64,000 nucleotides of DNA from the NCBI GenBank assembly GCA_002269645.1, contig NIVC01002043.1:117413-181412 (forward strand), read 5' to 3'. The notes under the pieces were generated by a model. The model was not told where the DNA came from, did no database searches, and saw only the letters and a list, made by a program, of their open reading frames with translations. This document shows positions 10,656-24,100 of this stretch, piece after piece. How positions within the stretch are numbered: the first letter of the stretch is position 1; every line of letters begins with the position of its first letter. The position numbers and the translations under genes were made by a program. Source of the DNA: Macrostomum lignano. Lineage: Eukaryota.

Positions 10656-10664
10656 TTTTATATC

Positions 10665-10705
<41 letters not shown>

Positions 10706-10710
10706 GACCC

Positions 10711-10805
<95 letters not shown>

Positions 10806-10900
10806 GATCCATCTATCTATCTATCTTTCTATCTATCTATCGATCCATCCATCTTCTATCTATCTTATCTATCTATCGTATCTATCTTATCTATCTATCT
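10507..10900. repeat. (TATC)n microsatellite with TACC variants
   Basis: Direct reading. Confidence 0.96.
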
Positions 10901-11317
10901 CACCCTGACTCTACTTCAGCATAATGTAGGTACATTTATTAGATCGCCGTAATCAAGCCAGGGAAATCTTACAACTTTTTTAAGAACCTGATGACGCGTA
11001 GCTGCATCACCAAGAGGTCATTTACACTCTATAAACTCGTAAACTTCCGCCTAAAATATCGAAGCGTCAATCCAGACTTTAAAGTTTTACAGCTTCTTTT
11101 ACAAGTTTCCACAGGTCACTGTAGCATTTAAACAGAAGCAGAAGATTTGTCGCTAGATGAAGGGTTGGGATTCATCACAAGATCTAAATTTTGCATCACC
11201 TAAAACTTTCAAGCATCCAATTTAATAACGTCAAACCTTTACAAGACCGAAAATTCACAATTTGGATGCTTGAAACTTCTAGGCGATGCGAAATTTTGGT
11301 CGTATAAATTTTTTCCT

Positions 11318-11790
11318 TGTGAAGTTTAGGTCTTGTGAAATTTAGGTTCTGTGAAGTTTAGGTCTTGTGAAGTTTAGGTTCTGTCAAGTTTAGGTCTCAT
11401 GAAGTTTAGGTCTTGTGACGTTTAGATCTTGAGAAGTTTGAATTAGGTTTTGCAAAGTTTAGGTCTCGTAAAGTTTAGATTTTGTGAAGTTTAGATCTTG
11501 AGAAGTTTAGGTTTTGCAAAGTTTAGGTCTCATGAAATTTAAGGTCTCATGAAGTTTAAGGTCATATGAAGTTTAGGTCTTCTAAAGTTTAGGTTTTGTC
11601 AAGTTTAGGTCTCAAGATGTTTAGGTTTCGTAAAGTTTAGATTTTGTGAAGTTTAGATCTTGAGAAGTTTAGGTTTTGCAAAGTTTAGGTTTTGAGAAGT
11701 TTAGGTCTCATGAAGTTTAAAGTCATGTGAAGTTTAGGTCTTAAGAAGTTTAGGTCTCGTGCAATTTAAGAAATTTAGGTATTGTGACTA
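11318..11790. repeat. 16-17-bp minisatellite GTTTAGGTCTTGTGAA
   Basis: About 28 degenerate copies. Confidence 0.9.
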
Positions 11791-13894
11791 AGTTTGTCTT
11801 AAAACTGACAACTCAAAGAGAGTTGCCTTCCCTTAAACTGACTTGCAAAACGATAAATGGCAAAATGCACTGAAAAGACAGGAACCAGTGAAATTTCGCG
11901 GGAACTTTGCTTGCCGATGGTCTCGGGTAGCATTTCTAAGAAAAATCTTAAAATAAACTTCATTTCAAATTGGAAAGTTGGAAAACTATTTAGAATTAAG
12001 TGCTGCAACTAAAAAAACTGAAAAAAGCTTTCCCAATGCATTGTGCAGCTAAACCGGATGTAACAAGCTTGTTCTAAAGAATATGAATAACGATTGCAGA
12101 CAAACCGCAGGGGGGGGGGGCTAACTGGAATTGCTACACATTCAGCCAGATGAACCATATTAACACTGCATCACGGCACAGCTAGTAAGCCAGCCATACG
12201 CCAAACACGCAAATTCTGATAATCCGAATTTACAACCCATATATCTGTTGCTTAAAAGCCTATCTGAATGCCTAAAATCTGCCAACAAAAATTGCCATTA
12301 AGATGGTAAGGATGAGTATAAATCAAGTCGTAAAAATTGTTCTAAAAGCTCTCTCGATGAATTCTGTATCAAACGAGAAAGCAATCCCGGCATCTGGTAG
12401 CCTGAAACTAAATATTATTAGCAAAGAAATCATGAATTTAATGTTTTCCAGGCCTGCCGAGCAATAGCAGCTCGCTAATCTATAAAATCACGGCTGCACT
12501 GTATGTATTAAACATGTACACATATAAGGCGAGAAAGTACAAAATCCATTAATAATAATAAATAGTTTCGTTCGGTCCGCAAACCATAAAATGAAGAATA
12601 AAAACAAGTCTTCAGAAGCAAAACAGCGCAGAAATCAATGATTAGTTTTTTCCTTTATCTAAAACACTTGAAGCAGTTCAATAATTTGAAACGGGGACGG
12701 CACCAGAGGATCAAATCAAGAGAGGACCAGAGGACCTTCAGCGACATAGTGTTGTAATATGAGCACAATTGGGCCCTGAACTCAGTTCATTATACTGCGC
12801 TAATTTCCGTTAATTGCCTCACGTCGCGTGGCGCCTTTTTAAACTCGGCATCACAGATTTAAAGGTGAAATTTATTTGAATATAAATTTTGATATTTGAT
12901 TTGCTTTTTTACTACTAATTAGTACTTTTATTCTACTTAATACGCCACAAGATAATGCTGTTTTTCATCTACAAATAGATCATTAACTCGATAACAATAA
13001 AAAATGGAAGTAAAAAAAACGTTTATCGCATATTTTGCCTTAAAATTTCAACCCAGAAGCTCAAAAATCTTGCTCCGAAAAAATCGTTTCGCTGTAGAGT
13101 CCAACTGTTAGTTAACAAAAATAATGATCCCAATGTAGTAAGCAATACCGCAGACTTGAAAGCAAATTTATCAACTCTTACAGAAAAAGTGAGTTGGAAG
13201 CCAAGCAATTACAAAAATCTTATAAAGATAGACTTTTATAATGATTATTTTATAAACAAGGCAACAAAATATGTGAGCAAAACGAGTTGCCAAAGCGGCA
13301 ATAACTAAACATCAGGCAGGCAATATTACTGTTCCTGATGCAGAAAAAATATTTTTCTCTTATCTGCAACACAGATTGTAGGCGGCTGAAGCACGAGTGA
13401 TATTTCCTCTAAAGCATCTGCCCTGAATATTTCTGTCTGCCTTGTTGGATAAAGAAAATTATAAAAAAATGGCAAAAAGGTAGCTGGCATGGTTTTTGCT
13501 GAATTCACATTTAATCTTACAGATAGTGACGGGGGGCCGTAGCCCAGCGCAGGCTCTGGTGTGCCAGCGACCCAGGCTCGATTCCAAGTGCAGTCACATT
13601 AATTTGGGGCTGAATTGGAATCTCGGCTTGGCTCTGCTCGTGCAATTAACGGCCTTGAGAGCCAACCCCCCAAGGCGCAGTGAAGTGTACATACCTAACG
13701 ATAATATAAAGTTAGGGCCGCTGTACAGTCCTGTGTGAGTGTGTGCCTGCGTACGTATCCGCGCGCTTGTGTGCCTGCTCAGGGGAGTCGGCGGAATGGG
13801 CAGCAATGCCTCTCGCCGGTTGTGTGCCTATGTCGCTTAAAGTGCGCCAGGGTGCACACAACCCCCCTGCCTCTAATAAGAAAAATAAAAGTAT

Positions 13895-14455
13895 AGATAG
13901 TGACTACAAATCCCGTGACAGCGGTTATAAATACCGTGACCTCGAACCTATAGTGGTCACAAATCACGTGAATTTGAAACTATAGTGATTGAAACTCACG
14001 TGACCTTAACTCTAGTAGTTATAAGTCACGTGACCTGAAACTATAGGGATTAAAAATCACGTGACCTGACCACTAAGTGGGTAAAAATCACGTGACCTAT
14101 AACTATAGTGGCTATAACTCGCGTGACTTGAAACTATTAGTGGTTATAAACCACGTGAATTGAAACTATAGTGATTAAAAATCACGTGACCTTGAAACGA
14201 CAGTCGACAGTGCTCACAAATCACGTGACTTTGAAACTATAGTAATTGAAACTCACGTGATCATAGAATTCTAGTAGTTATAAATCACGCGACATTGGAC
14301 TGTAGCGGCTACGAATCACGTGACATTGAACTATAGTGGTTATAAATCACGTGACCTGAAAACTCGTGGGCGATTGAATAATGTGACATGAAATTTAAGC
14401 GACAAATCCACGCAACTGGAAACTACGTAAATAATAACAAAATCACGTGACCTCT
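13895..14455. repeat. ~33-bp minisatellite with ATCACGTGAC core
   Basis: Repeated AAATCACGTGACCTTGAAACTATAGTGGTTAT-like units. Confidence 0.88.
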
Positions 14456-14603
14456 CAACTGGAGCAATATTAATAACCCTCTTGATGTGCGACTCTGCTA
14501 TTAAGCTACCATACTCGGACTAGCAGATAAAAAACAAACAAAACCAAAACCAAAACAAATTCAGGAAGCGAATGAATTTAGGAAGCAGGCGCGATTGAGA
14601 CTG

Positions 14604-16909
14604 TCAGAGCACGGACGAGTAGCGATGCGGATCTGCGTGAAGTTCAAGCCGCCTTGAAGCAGCGGCGGCTGACGCGCCAGAAGTTGACGGTGATGCAGCG
14701 GCCGTAGCCGCACTGTTCCGCCAAAGCATCTGCGTGACCAGAGCCACCCTGTAGCGCTCGTAGGCGGACACAATGGCCTCAGTCTCTTCCTTGGCTAACC
14801 TGGTAAGCAGCTCGGCTGAGCGCTCCAGCTCGCCCTGCGAGAATAGTTGCCATTGAATTTTGGCGTCGTATTCTGGCGGAGCTTTGAAGTAAACCGCCAG
14901 GAAGGACTCCAGATCTGCGGAGTTGATGTTCAGTATCTAATTGTTACAACCCTCAGCTTCCTGACCAGTAATGAAAAGAAGCCGGCATCAATGCAAAGCA
15001 GGGAACAGAGTCGGTGGGATGGAAGGGTGCAAAAATTTAGATAGAGGGCCGTCAAAACAGATTTAGGAGGGAACACAGATGCAGAGCACGCAAAAATGGA
15101 CAGAAGGGGCGCCAAAATGGATGACAAGTGGCGCCAAAAAGGGTGAAATAGGCGCCAAAATGGATGAAGTTAGCGCCAAAATGGATGAAAGAGGCGCCAA
15201 AATGGATGAAATAGGCGCCAATACAGATGAAGTTAGCGCCAAAATGGATGAGAGGCGCCAAAATGGATGAAAGAGGCGCCAAAATGGATGAAAGAGGCGC
15301 CAAAATTGATGAAATAGGCGCCAATACAGATGAAGTTAGCGCCAAAATGGATGAAAGAGGCGCCAAAACAGATGAAGTTAGCGCCAAAATGGATAAAAGA
15401 GGCGCCAAAATGGATGAAATAGGCGCCAAATGGATGCAAAGGGCGCCAAAATGAATAAGCGGTATCCTAACGCAGCAGCAGATCTTGCAGTTATAACGAA
15501 TTGAAGCATGGAAAGTGTCCTCTGAGGCTCCCGGACTCCCGGACAGTCGCCGACTGCGTCCGGCAGCTCAACCTCATGGCCAGTGGCAATACTGTCAGGC
15601 TGAAGTGGATCCCAGGGCACGCAGGGTTTCCGGGGAACGAGCTGGCAGACACCCTCGCCAAGAGGGGCGGCTCTGGCTCCGTCTTTGGCCCTGCCCCCTT
15701 GGTCCCCATGCCTTCGACAGTCATCAATCGTCTGATCGATGACTGGGCTGACTCCCTTCACAGGGACAGATGGGCGGGCACCCAAAACTGCCGACAATCT
15801 CGTGCCGCGGTTCCGTGCCCCTCTCGTAGGCTCAGAAATGTCCTTCTAAAGCAAAATTGGAAGGATTTCCGAGCCCTTGTCATGACCCTCACCGGCCATG
15901 GCAACCTCGCCAGGCACTGCTTCCTCCGAGGCGACCTCGAAAGTGAACTTTGCCCTTTTTGCGAGTAAGACAATGAAGATGCTCAGCACTTTGTCTGTCA
16001 CTGCCCTTTCTTTAACAGAGACCGGCTACGCTACCTCGGGCCGAACCCGTCCATTGACGAGGTCTGCCAGCCCGACAGCATCCCACGGCTCATCCAGTCC
16101 CTTCGGGCAACAAGACGAGCCACTTTCTTCCCCACGGAAGATCACGCTGCAGGACGGACCGCCCGGACCACCCTGACCGGCCCCACGCCTCTGCCTGTCT
16201 GCGGGCCTTCAGGGGCTAGCGGAATGGGCGACCCTCGCCTCCCCGCTGTGTCTACGGACCACCCTGCAGCTGAGTCAAAAAAGTAAGTCAAAGTTCTCTG
16301 AGGCAAACGATGATGCCTGGCTCAGAAATGCACAATACCGTCTGCAATACAAGCAACAGTCAATTACAGACACTGTCAAAGTACGACAGCAAAACAATGG
16401 AGCTTGCAATACAGTTAAAATTTGCCTGCTTAATTTCGGGAAAGCCCATTGTTATAATGCAAAAACAATGGAATGCTTTAATAAAAAAACCTTCTATTGT
16501 TATCGCACAGTGATTTTTCAGCGAGATATTTTTTCCGATTTTGCCTTGCATTAATAAAATGAATTTGTCTGACTGCTATTTATATTCTGTTAAAAGGAAA
16601 TCATTTGAATTCGATCAAAGTTATATACGTTATTTTTCGATTGAGATTTCCTTGCCAATACGGTTTCTGTTTGAAATTCGAATAGTTACTTAGCAAAAAT
16701 TAAGGTTTTAAAATGATAGGCTTTAAAAATGGCCTTTGGTATACTGCTATTATAAGTAGCATGCGGAACATTTTCTGTTCCATAAATTATTTGCTACGTC
16801 TGCTTCTGGCGACTTACAGGGGCGGAAGGGAAACAAATGACCGCATCAAGACTCAAAAAGGACAAACAGACAGAGAACTGGGCGGAAAGACAGACAGACA
16901 TACAGACAG

Positions 16910-16972
<63 letters not shown>

Positions 16973-18644
16973 CACAGACAGACAGACACACAGACAGACA
17001 GACAGACAGGCAGACAGACAGACAGACAGACAAGCAGACAGACAGACAGACGAACATCACGATAAGCATAGCAACAGTTAATAAAGAATTTAGGCAGTAG
17101 GTCAGACTTACCAGTAGCAGCAGATCTTTGTCTGTTCACTTGCTGCTGCTGCTGCTGTTGCTTCTGCTGCTGATCAGTTAAACTGACAGCGCTACCACCA
17201 GCAGCAACAGCAGCAGCAGGGTGTTGCGGAAGCGGCTGCGGCTGCTGACGTAGCTGTTGCTGCTGCTGTTGCTGCTGCTGGTAGTATCTGTGAAGCTCTG
17301 TAGAGGCTTCCGGAGTCGACGACAACGGCAAAGCGGGACGCCGCGGCAGAGGCCGCTGCTGCCTGGTGAACAGGCCGAATGGCAGCGGCTGCTGGGTGGA
17401 CTCGCCGTTGAATGGCAGGCCCGGATGATGCAGCTGCATCACCTTGCTGATGCGACTGCGGGTAGGATAGGGACGGACAATGCGGATTCATTAACGGATG
17501 GGATAGATGCACTGTGGGTGTACACTAGTCAGGATAGATGCACTGTGGGTGTACACTAGTCAGGATAGATGCACTGTGGGTGTACACTAGTCAGGATAGA
17601 TGCACTGTGGGTGTACACTAGTCAGGATAGATGCACTGTGGGTGTACACTAGTCAGGATAGATGTACTGTGGGTGTACACTAGTCAGGATAAATGCACTG
17701 TGGGTGTACACTAGTCAGGATAGATGCACTGTGGGTGTACACTAGTCAGGATAGATGCACTGTGGGTGTACACTAGTCAGGATAGATGCACTGTGGGTGT
17801 ACACTAGTCAGGATAGATGTACTGTGGGTGTACACTAGTCAGGATAAATGCACTGTGGGTGTACACTAGTCAGGATAGATGCATCAGTTGCACTATAGAC
17901 GCACATAGCTCAGTCAGACAAATGTACAGTCAATAAGTTCAAAGCAACTCACTTGACATAATATATACCCTTGTCTTGACTTTCAATCCGCTCCCAACCG
18001 CTTGGCAGAGACTCCTTAGCCAACGGGTGACTCCACGAGGTGGCCCGATTCACATGGTCGATGTAGTACTTGCGGCCGCGCACGGTCCAGTCCACTGACC
18101 AGCCGGGCGGCAGCGGGAACTCCTCGGGCGGAGTTGGCGGAGGAGGCGGAGGCGGTGGCCGCTGACGAACAGGACTAGCGGTGAACTCCTGACCAGTGGA
18201 CGGATAGTGCGTTGATAAAGGCCGCCTGTGCTGCTGCGGCTGAATCGGATTACTGTAATACTGCTTCTGCTGTTGCTGTTGCTGCTGAACAGCAGGCTGT
18301 TGCCGCTGGGCTGCCTGCTGAAACTGCAGCTGCTGCCCGCCACCGCCGGCGCTGCTGCTGATGTTGCCAGACGAGGAGAATTTCCTAGTGATAGTCTGGT
18401 GCCTGTCCAGCTGCTGCAGCATGGCTGCGGACGGCGAGGCTGTTGGCGACTGTCGTAGCAGCTGCGGCTGTCGCTGACGCTCCGGCACCGGCGGCGGAGT
18501 CGGCGAGGCGCGCACAGCGAAGGCAGCCGCCTGCTGCTGCTGCTGGTGCTGCTGCATTGCCAACGGGGCCGGATCCTTCCTGACGTACTTGCCGGTGACG
18601 CCGCTGCTCATGCCGCCGAGCTCCTTCCTGCCGCGGGTGAGCAT
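14604..18644 (-). CDS. sav: Salvador (Hippo pathway WW-WW-SARAH scaffold), 448 aa; exons 18644-17953, 17455-17112, 14914-14604
   Basis: N-terminal MLTRGRK..GKYVRKD; WW1 [25 protein letters not shown]; WW2 spliced [13 protein letters not shown]|[12 protein letters not shown]; [40 protein letters not shown]. Splice phases 2 and 1 are consistent; total 1347 nt. Confidence 0.92.
15095..15452. repeat. 21-bp minisatellite GGCGCCAAAATGGATGAAAGA in sav intron 2
   Basis: About 16 copies. Confidence 0.93.
15529..16295 (+). mobile_element. 5'-truncated non-LTR retrotransposon (RNase H C-terminus plus CCHC region, I/R1/LOA-like), antisense in sav intron 2
   Basis: [19 protein letters not shown] RNase H motif; LTGHG..CPFC(stop)..[10 protein letters not shown] knuckle with one in-frame stop; AAGT-type tail; 9-bp TSD CTCTGAGGC at 15520-15528 and 16296-16304. 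Confidence 0.9.
16860..17052. repeat. (GACA)n microsatellite
   Basis: Direct reading. Confidence 0.97.
17502..17883. repeat. 31-bp minisatellite GATAGATGCACTGTGGGTGTACACTAGTCAG filling sav intron 1
   Basis: About 12 near-identical copies. Confidence 0.97.
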
Positions 18645-19354
18645 CTCTGTGGAGGAGGACAGCGTCTGCCTGTCTCGGCTCCTGTGCCTGGATAAAAATA
18701 TTCCAACAGGGCAAACTGCTGCCGCATGCATGAAAATTTATTTTCTAATGATAACTTTCTAAGAATTGTCTGCAACCATCCCTCCGGCTAGAGCAGGCTC
18801 ACTATAATATCCTCATATGCTACTAATAAGTACTAATAAGTAGCCATCTTATTTGCAGAAATAGACTAACAATGAAACCAATTTTTCGACTGCACGCGCA
18901 ATCTGTTGCGTTAATGTCGAATAATAATATTATTATTAGTAATAGTAATACGAAAAAAACAAAAAGCAGCAGCCGACAGTAAATCAACTAGTACAAACGG
19001 CTTTGGATGGCAAAAAGAAGCAAGACAAAGAGAGACAGATACAAATATTTGTGAAAATTAAAAAACCTGTGCGGGATAGGAGAGTCAGTAGAAAAACACT
19101 TGTAGATCTAGCAGCCTGCTCAGATAGAGGCTCAAAGTTAAAGTTTGAGTATCAAAACGGCACGCAGCACTACAGCACTAAGACGGCGTGACCTTGCCAC
19201 CTTGAAGGAGCTGGGATACAGGAAAACAATGTAGAATGAGTAAATGTCAACGGATAGCCGGTCTGTTGATTTATCGCGGGCGCACCAACGAATGAGACGT
19301 GAAAACCACTTGCATTTACTGTATGAAGATTATCTGCTGGGTAAGGGAATCAAT

Positions 19355-19690
19355 GGGGAATTTATAGAGGTGGATGGGGAATTTATGAAGATAGATGGGG
19401 AATTGATGGAGATAGATGGGAATTTATTATGATAGATGGGAATTTATGAAGGTAGATGGGGAATTTTTGGAGACAGATGAGGAATTTATGATGATAAATG
19501 GGGAATTCATGGAAACAGATGGGAAATTTATTGAGGTAAATGGGGAATTTATGGAGACTGATGGGGAATATATTATGATAGATGGATAATTTACGGAGAT
19601 AGATGAGGAATTTATGATGACAGGGAATTTATAGAGATAGAATGGGGAATTAGAGAGACGGGTGGGGAATCAGTCGTGGTGAATTTATGG
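19355..19690. repeat. ~21-bp degenerate minisatellite GGGGAATTTATGGAGATAGAT
   Basis: Direct reading. Confidence 0.85.
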
Positions 19691-20559
19691 ATAATCTATG
19701 GTTAAGATACCATTTACCTTTTCCTTCAATCAAAATGAATTGGCAACAGTAAAAAATATGCTCATAAATGAGTTAATACCTGCATTCTATTTGATCACAA
19801 CAAACCAGAGTCTAAAGGAGGTCAGCAGCATTAGTAAAGCAAAATTTACACACTTGAATTATGAACACTAAAGAGAAATGATAACACAGGATAACATGTT
19901 AGTCATATCAATCTGGCACAGCAAATTTAAGCCTCAACGCAGCTTGTTATTGTCCACGGGAAAATTAACAAAATAATAAATACGTCTTAATTGCAACAAA
20001 GAGCTACAGTGACAAGGACGCTAAATTGTATATTAAGAGTAAAACACAGAGGAAAAAGTTGAATCACTGCAGCTGAACTGAAAGATCGCAGCGAACACTT
20101 CAGTCGCACTGTCTGTCACAAACAGATTAATCTAGGAAAACAAAGGAAAACGCGCTGTCATAAAAATTGGCTACCAGGTGACAGAATTCCACAGAACCCC
20201 TATTGCATGCTTTTGCATAGATACCATGTACTACATCGAGTAATCATTAAAAATGGAAGCATTACTCGCTCAGGTTACTACTTGCAGCGACAGCTAAACA
20301 ATTATAAAAAATTATTATAGTCAGTATAGATTTTACTTGTCGAAAACAAAAAAGGTTCTGAAAAAAAACACACTGAAAAGAAGACAAAAACCACACAGGA
20401 ATGACTCGATGCCAGTTTTCGCTGGATAAGATGGTCGAGGGTTGGTTGTGTCATTAATTAAGCAGAACCTTCACCTTATAGAGTGCAACTATTGCAAAAA
20501 GAGAAATATAATATTAAAGAAATGTTCTCAAGCAAGCAATTGATTAGAGTAGCTAATAA

Positions 20560-21062
20560 ATCAATTAATTATCCAGCTAATCAATCAATCAGCCGATCAA
20601 TCAATCAGAGGATCAATAAATCAATAAGCCGATTAATTCATCAATCAATCAGCCAATTAACCAATCAACCAATGAGCCAATCAATCAATCAGCCAATCAA
20701 CCAATCAGCCAATCAACCAATCAGCCAATCAATCAATCAGCCAATCAATCAATCAGCCAATCAACCAATCAGCCAATCAATCAATCAGCCAATCAATCAA
20801 TCAGCCAATCAACCAATCAGCCAATCAATCAATCAGCCAATCAATCAATCAGCCAATCAACCAATCAGCCAATCAACCAATCAGCCAATCAACCAATCAG
20901 CCAATCAATCAATCAGCCAATCAATCAATCAGCCAATCAACCAATCAACCAATCAGCCAATCAACCAATCAGCCAATCAACCAATCAATCAATCAGCTAA
21001 TCAATCAATCAGCCAATCAACCAACCAATCAATCAATCAGCCAATCAATCAGCCAATCAATC
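20560..21062. repeat. (CAAT)n / CAATCAGC simple repeat
   Basis: Direct reading. Confidence 0.95.
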
Positions 21063-21108
21063 CAAAATCCGCAACTCCAGTAAAGTCAGTCAATCGCATC
21101 AATCTCCA

Positions 21109-24100
21109 TCAATCGTAGGCGTCAACAACGGCGGGACTCTCTGGCCTGGCCGCCGCGGTCAGATCCGCCGCGCTGTCCTCCTCTTCGAATGCCGCCGAGG
21201 TCACGGCGCAGGGCGGTTTCAGCTCGGACGAAACGGAGGCAGTGCTGTCGGCTGGAATTTGACGGCGCAGTGCCATGGGATTAAAATCCCGTATTTACAC
21301 ATGTGTGCCGAAACAAGACACTAACTTACCCTGAATCTCACACACCGGGAAACTAAGATTTCTCGAATCTCTCACCACGAGACAAAAAATCTCATACCCC
21401 ACACCCCATAACAAAAACATCCCAAATCCCACACCTTACAACTAAAATATCCCAAATCCCACACCTTACAACTAAAATATCCCAAATCCCACACCTTACA
21501 ACTAAAATATCCCAAATCCCACACCTTACAACTAAAATATCCCAAATCCCACACCTTACAACTAAAATATCCCAAATCCCACACCTTACAACTAAAATAT
21601 CCCAAATCCCACACCTTACAACTAAAATATCCCAAATCCCACACCTTACAACTAAAATATCCCAAATCCCACACCTTACAACTAAAATATCCTAAATCCC
21701 ACACCTTGCAGCTAAACATCCCAAATCCCACACCTTGTAACTCAAATACCCCAAATCCCACACCTTGCAACTAAAACATCCCAAATCCCATACCTTGTAA
21801 CTAAAATACCCCAAATCCCACACCAGTTGCAGTTGCAAGCGCGGACAACTTGGAGTAACCGGCAATGCAAAGCCTCACCCGATTGATCATCGTGCGATCG
21901 AGCCACCTGTTGAATGTCGGCGGCATTCGGAGCGCTGCCTCTTCCTGCAGAGCGAAGGGGAATGTTGGATGCGCTGAATTCAACTGCATTCTTAATGTAC
22001 AGGCAGCTACTGCGGATTGAATGGAATTCTATAGATATTGAATGGAATTCTATAGATATTAAATGGAATTCTATAGATACTGAATGGAATTCTATAGATA
22101 TTGAATGGAATTCTATAGATATTGAATGGAATTCTATAGATATTGAATGGAATTCTATAGATATTGAATGGAATTCTATAGATGTTAAATGGAATTCTAT
22201 AGATATTGAATGGAATTCTATAGATATTGAATGGAATTCTATAGATATTGAATGGAATTCTATAGATATTAATTAAATGAAACTCTATAGAAATGTTAAA
22301 TGGGATTCTTAAACCCCAAAAAAAAGATTTTATGGAAGTTTTATGGTTTCACGGAATACAGAGTTTCAGGGCTTAAAGGGGGGTTTCTATGGAACTTAGT
22401 GTGCGATTATTTACTTTGTAGGTTGAAGAAGAATTCCATTGAAAGTACAGAGGACTGTTCTACTAAGTAAAAGCGTAAATGTTTTTCCTAGGCCAGTCTA
22501 CAGTGACCGCTGGTGAGCGACAGCTAGGGGGCAGTAGCGCAAAAATCAATCAATAATTGACTCACTAGACGCAACGCTAGCCGAAGAAGCTCTCAGAGCA
22601 AATTTCGACTCGGCGGTTATCTTTTCTGGCGGCGAATCGTCCGACTTATGCGACACGGTGGACTCGTGTGTCATGAGCGCCATCGGACCGCGGAACATGT
22701 AGTAGTTGGGATAGTACAGCAGGTTCGTCACGCTCTGGGCGTACAGGTCAGCGTAGCGCTCCAGCTGGGAGGCAAAGCTGGTGAGCCGTCCCCCTGACCG
22801 GAATAGCGAGCCCATGAAGCCGTAAGAGGCGTCCATCGCTTGCACGGTCTCCCGTATCGATCGCTTCATCTTGTCAACCGATTGAGCTTCCAGCGCCTGG
22901 CTTGGGCCGCTCTTAGACACGATGGTGCAGCCCTGATAGGCCCGGCTCATCTCCGCGTCCAGCTCCTGCAGGCGGACAAACAGCGCCTCCTCTTTCTTCC
23001 AGACGAACAGCTCGTTAGCCAGCTCGGGCACTATCAGCAGGGTGCGCCAGCCAACCTTCTTGCTCTTCACAATGTCGCCGAATATGTGGTCACCGATGTA
23101 CAGCACGTCCTTGCCGCGGCAGCCAATCAGGCGAGAGAAATCGGCGCACGAGCCTGCACAGAGGGTGTAAAAAACACCAAGGTAATTCCGCTGACTGCTG
23201 AGCACAATACAAGCGCGCCAATACGCACTCATACACACGCTCGCACAGGATGTACAGCTGCCGTAGCATGTACATCCTTTGTGACTTGTCGGTTGGCCCT
23301 CATGCCTGTGAACCGCAAGACAACCTTTACTGGCCAATTTTCGCGCACAAAAGCCCCAAATGAATGCGTTTGCGCACGGAATCGAACCACAGGGGTCGTG
23401 ACCACAGATACTAGAATAACTAGATGGGCCACTCAGCACATTTGCGTGTAAGCTACTTTCAGTTCAGTAGTAAGTTAAACAAAAGCATTTTAATGTATTT
23501 TTAAAGCCAAGGCTCATTTATTGACTCTTACCCCCAGCTTAAACCCTCCAACCGAGCCTTTCCACACTACCCCCGCCCCGCCCCAATTTTTATTGCCTTT
23601 CTCTCGGACTTCCACCATAAAGCCGCCATGTACATTCCAGTGGACTGGCTAATGTACATTATTGCTGAACCAATTAGCAAGTTGTTTACGCCTGCAAGCT
23701 TGGCTTCTAAACTTATCAAAGTCGTTTCAGCTGCCTTTATTAGCTTATGTATTCTTCTTTGCTACTGAACTGAGTAGAAAGCTGTTTTATTAAGTACATG
23801 TATATATGCCTGAGTGGCCCATCTAGTTATTTTAGTATCTGTGGTCGTGACGCCCCTCTTTGAATAGTAAAGGTTCGCAACAAAAGATGCTGGGGTTTTT
23901 TATTCCTGAGAAATCATTTTACCAGCTGGCACCTGAAGCTCAAAATTCAGCTGCCAATTGCCATCTTTGCAGTTGCCTCCTGAAATTTTAGCCCGTGTCC
24001 TTAAACCAGGGGTCCGCAAACTCAGACCCGCCAAGCCTCTCTATCCAGCCCTCGGGTCCTTTGAAACTTCACAATAGCAATCTAGCCTGCTCAAGGTTTG

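Noticed and set aside
18645-18731. ORF-track start of sav at 18731
   Set aside because: It crosses an acceptor at 18688; the conserved Salvador N-terminus begins at ATG 18644.
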